From: Craspedostauros australis
Taxonomy: Eukaryota
Length of the DNA: 47,505 nucleotides
Assembly: GCA_030167865.1 (NCBI GenBank)
Contig: JALAGF010002696.1
Span: 1 to 47,505, forward strand
Reading direction: 5' to 3'
Positions 44,693 through 47,505 of this stretch are shown here, one piece after another. Within the stretch, counting starts at the first letter, position 1, and each line of letters begins with the position of its first letter. The position numbers and the translations under genes were made by a program. The notes beneath the pieces were generated by a model. It saw nothing but the letters and a program-made list of their open reading frames with translations, searched no databases and was not told the DNA's origin.

Positions 44693-46356
44693 TGAATTCT
44701 TTCGGATTGTGGGTCTGCTTGTGCGATAAGCTGTGGAATGCTTCGAAGCTGCTGCTGCGATTGTGGCTTCGTTTCTGCTCGAGCTTTTGCTCTTCCTTTT
44801 GCTTTGATGCCTTGCGCTTTCGCCTGCGTTTGCGCTTGCTCTTGTGGAAGGCGTTGGAGTACGAGTATGGTATCCGTGTGACAGGCAGGTGCTCGTAGGT
44901 ATTGTACGAGTTACTGTATGCCAGAGTTCGCCGTGGGTGGTTTCGGAGCGGTCGCGATCTTTCTCTTCAAACGTCTCGCCGTGCTCCCTTGTCTCCGCGT
45001 GATCGTTTTTGGGAGGAAAGATGCGAGGGAAAAGACCTCTGTGACCTTGTGCTGCGAAATCGGCACAAAGAACGACAGCTGCTGGAACCGCTCTCTGTTT
45101 GTGTAATACCCACTTGCAGCTCGTGCGAACACGGTGTGGTAGCTCGTAGGAGTAGGAGTATGGGTATGGGTATTGTTAGTGGTGTGGTGGCGTGTGGGAG
45201 AGCAGTGTCGTTTTCAACACGGCAGCAGCGTCGCAATGGGGATGCGGGGAGGAGGGCGGAAGAAGCGGAAGCACGTAGCGGCGGGGCTTTCGTATCGTTA
45301 TGGGAGGACTTCGAGTCGATGGCAGTCGTCCGCTTTCGTTCTTTGTGTTTCTGTTTCGCGGCTGCCTTCTTGCTGGAATCCCCAGTTGTGATGGTTTGTT
45401 GTGTGTCTTCGCGTGTGGATACGCGCACTCGTATTCGTGTTCTTGGATTCGGCTCTCCGTTGGTATCATCGAAACACGCTGCCGTTTGCTTTGCTGTCGT
45501 TTGCTTTGTGAGCTTGGTGAGGACGACGACACCATCAACCGCGATGGTGGTTACATGGATGATGAGAGTACCGCGCAGAGGAATGGGGTAATGAGAATGT
45601 GCTCTCTCCTTGGTTACCGTGATGTATTGCTGGGTTGCTGTGTTTGGTTGGTTGGTTGTCTTGGTGCATCCGTTCGTCGGTTCATCGGTCCGCTGTCTTG
45701 TCGCGAATCACGATGTTCTGTTGGCTGTTGTTGGCTCTTGTTGCTTGCCGGTGTTCTCTTCCTTTCTTCTCGTACTCCACGCTACTACACTCCACTCCAC
45801 TTCACTACCAAGCGCGTTTCGGCACCGCTCAGCTGTAAAGTACTCTACTCCATAGTTGGGATCATCCACTGTCGTTGATCTTTTCGTATTCGAGGCGCAT
45901 GACAGAGGAGGACAACGAAAGGCACAACTCAAATCAATCCACGAACGCTGGGAGGTACACGGTGACAAGACGCTAACAACGTGTAAATTCGTTGTTCGTC
46001 CCTTTATTTATGGCCAGATGCGTCCAAACCCAGAGCTGTTCCTTTCCCCGGGCTCCAATGATTCTCCACCGGTTTGTGCCGTTCCGAGTGACAGATCGAC
46101 GAGTCCGTGCCTTTCCTCATCCGCTGGTCCATAAGCACATGACGTGGTTCCGCTGACCAAGCATATCAATGAGGGCATATTATGGAAAGTCACCCCAAAT
46201 CGAGGACTTCGCCGACGTTACCAGTTTTCTGTGTGCTTTCTAAACATGGGAATCATGAGTAATAATAGGGAGATATCGCATGTAATTTGATGAGTCCCAG
46301 GGTCCAAAATAACCTGATAGAGACATTTCTTTGGGGGGGTGGATGAGAATTTCGCT

Positions 46357-46417
46357 TCTTCAAATTACATGCCATGTCAAACGAAANTTTCGTTTGACAT
46401 GGCATGTAATTTGAAGA
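46357..46417. repeat. Perfect 30-bp inverted repeat centred on a single N (46387)
   Basis: tcttcaaattacatgccatgtcaaacgaaa N tttcgtttgacatggcatgtaatttgaaga. Confidence 0.95.
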
Positions 46418-46783
46418 GTCCCGCCAAATACGAACTCCACGCGTAACGTATGAACGCCGACATTTCTTTCTCCAATCATATCGTCTGAAGTGGTTGCGGT
46501 TCGCATCTTCGTTGTTCTTGGAATAGCCTAGCCTCCTTCACGTTTTACGCCTTGTGCGAACGTTTTTGTTGGCACACGGCGACATCAAACAAAAAAGAGG
46601 ACGACGACACCCATACTCCATCTGGAAAAGGTCTCGTGGCATCACATCGGACTTTTGTTGCATCTGATTTGGATTTCCAAACACAACAGCATCCAACCTG
46701 CCTGACCTCCATCTCTCATCTTACTACATTCCAGCCGTTTCACCTTCTGACTTTCAAGCAATACCCCACACCATCGAACCACC

Positions 46784-47505
46784 ATGGCATCCCCCTTCCA
46801 GCCTAGTCTCCTTGGCATGTTATCCTCTGATGACAGCGATGAAGCCAACAGCATCACACCGACAGGCACTTCGGCTGCCACCTTGACAGTCGCTGGTCCT
46901 GTTTCTCCCTTCAAATCCGTCCAGGGTGTCTCTCGTGACTTCTCCTTGGGCAAGAAAGCAACAGGGCCCGTTGTCTTGCCCTGCGGACTACTGGACGAGG
47001 GAGGCGACACTGGTGCTTGTAACTTTGCGTCATCAGTTGGGGGATCTGTCTCAGACCTTCCTTCGGATACTCGACGTCGCAATTCCAGAAGCGCTGCAAG
47101 GGCCTACCGTGCTGTTGCCGCTTCCACAGCCTCTGCTGCAGAGAAAGACGTGGGATCCCTTGTCCTCCATGCCAGCCTCAACAATAGCCCCAACCCCAAA
47201 TCATCAGGCATCGCCATGGCTTCCACCACCGCCAAGCCTCGTGCAAACTCCAAATCTCCGTCCAGCACCAAGAAAATTGCAAAAGGGAAACCACGTGTGT
47301 ATCTCTACCTGGAGTACTGTGTGGACGATCCTCCCTTCTACCCTTGGTTGGAGACACCCAGGCCCATTGATTCAACCATGATGGCCTACATCTGGGCAAA
47401 CGACCCCAAGCCATGGTTGGCTCCATCCGGTCAATACTGGAAGGCGGTGAGCAATCATCTTTTTTCAAAGTCAGTGTTGCGATTGACGAAGCCTCCTCGG
47501 TCAAG
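46784..47505 (+). CDS. Partial ORF (at least 240 aa), Ser/Pro-rich N-terminus, possible Myb/SANT-like start; may be transposon-associated
   Basis: Stop-free from ATG 46784 (ACCATGG context) to the window end, read manually. Segment MMAYIWANDPKPWLAPSGQYWKAVSNHLF. Confidence 0.5.
   Translation, partial: MASPFQPSLLGMLSSDDSDEANSITPTGTSAATLTVAGPVSPFKSVQGVSRDFSLGKKATGPVVLPCGLLDEGGDTGACNFASSVGGSVSDLPSDTRRRNSRSAARAYRAVAASTASAAEKDVGSLVLHASLNNSPNPKSSGIAMASTTAKPRANSKSPSSTKKIAKGKPRVYLYLEYCVDDPPFYPWLETPRPIDSTMMAYIWANDPKPWLAPSGQYWKAVSNHLFSKSVLRLTKPPRS

Noticed and set aside
1-47505. CRISPR arrays, rRNA, snRNA or operon-like prokaryotic systems
   Set aside because: None seen; tandem repeats are simple microsatellites and neighbouring genes are functionally unrelated.

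Overview
Eukaryotic, intron-containing genomic DNA, most consistent with a pennate diatom (bipartite plastid-targeting leaders, a CoDi-type copia element, short GT-AG introns). The left end (1-3546, minus) is transposon-derived. A Ty1/copia (CoDi-like) gag is separated from pol by a single in-frame UGA followed by a stem-loop, and the integrase runs in frame into a LINE-type RNase H. The middle (about 5.2-44.7 kb) is a compact array of unrelated genes: prolyl oligopeptidase, 2Fe-2S protein, nucleoredoxin-like, GDP-fucose synthase, R-SNARE, ankyrin/coiled-coil protein, fibrillin, FEN1, metallophosphoesterase-like, RPB8, transmembrane FG-nucleoporin, V-ATPase c, MBOAT, ankyrin protein, CIA30-like, beta-rich protein and TPR-like protein. 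The right end has a 30-bp palindrome, short repeats and an ORF running off the window. The standout is a circularly permuted tRNA-Arg(ACG) gene at 16397-16474: its 3' half precedes its 5' half, broken at 37/38, with a BHB-like junction and a Pol III T-run.
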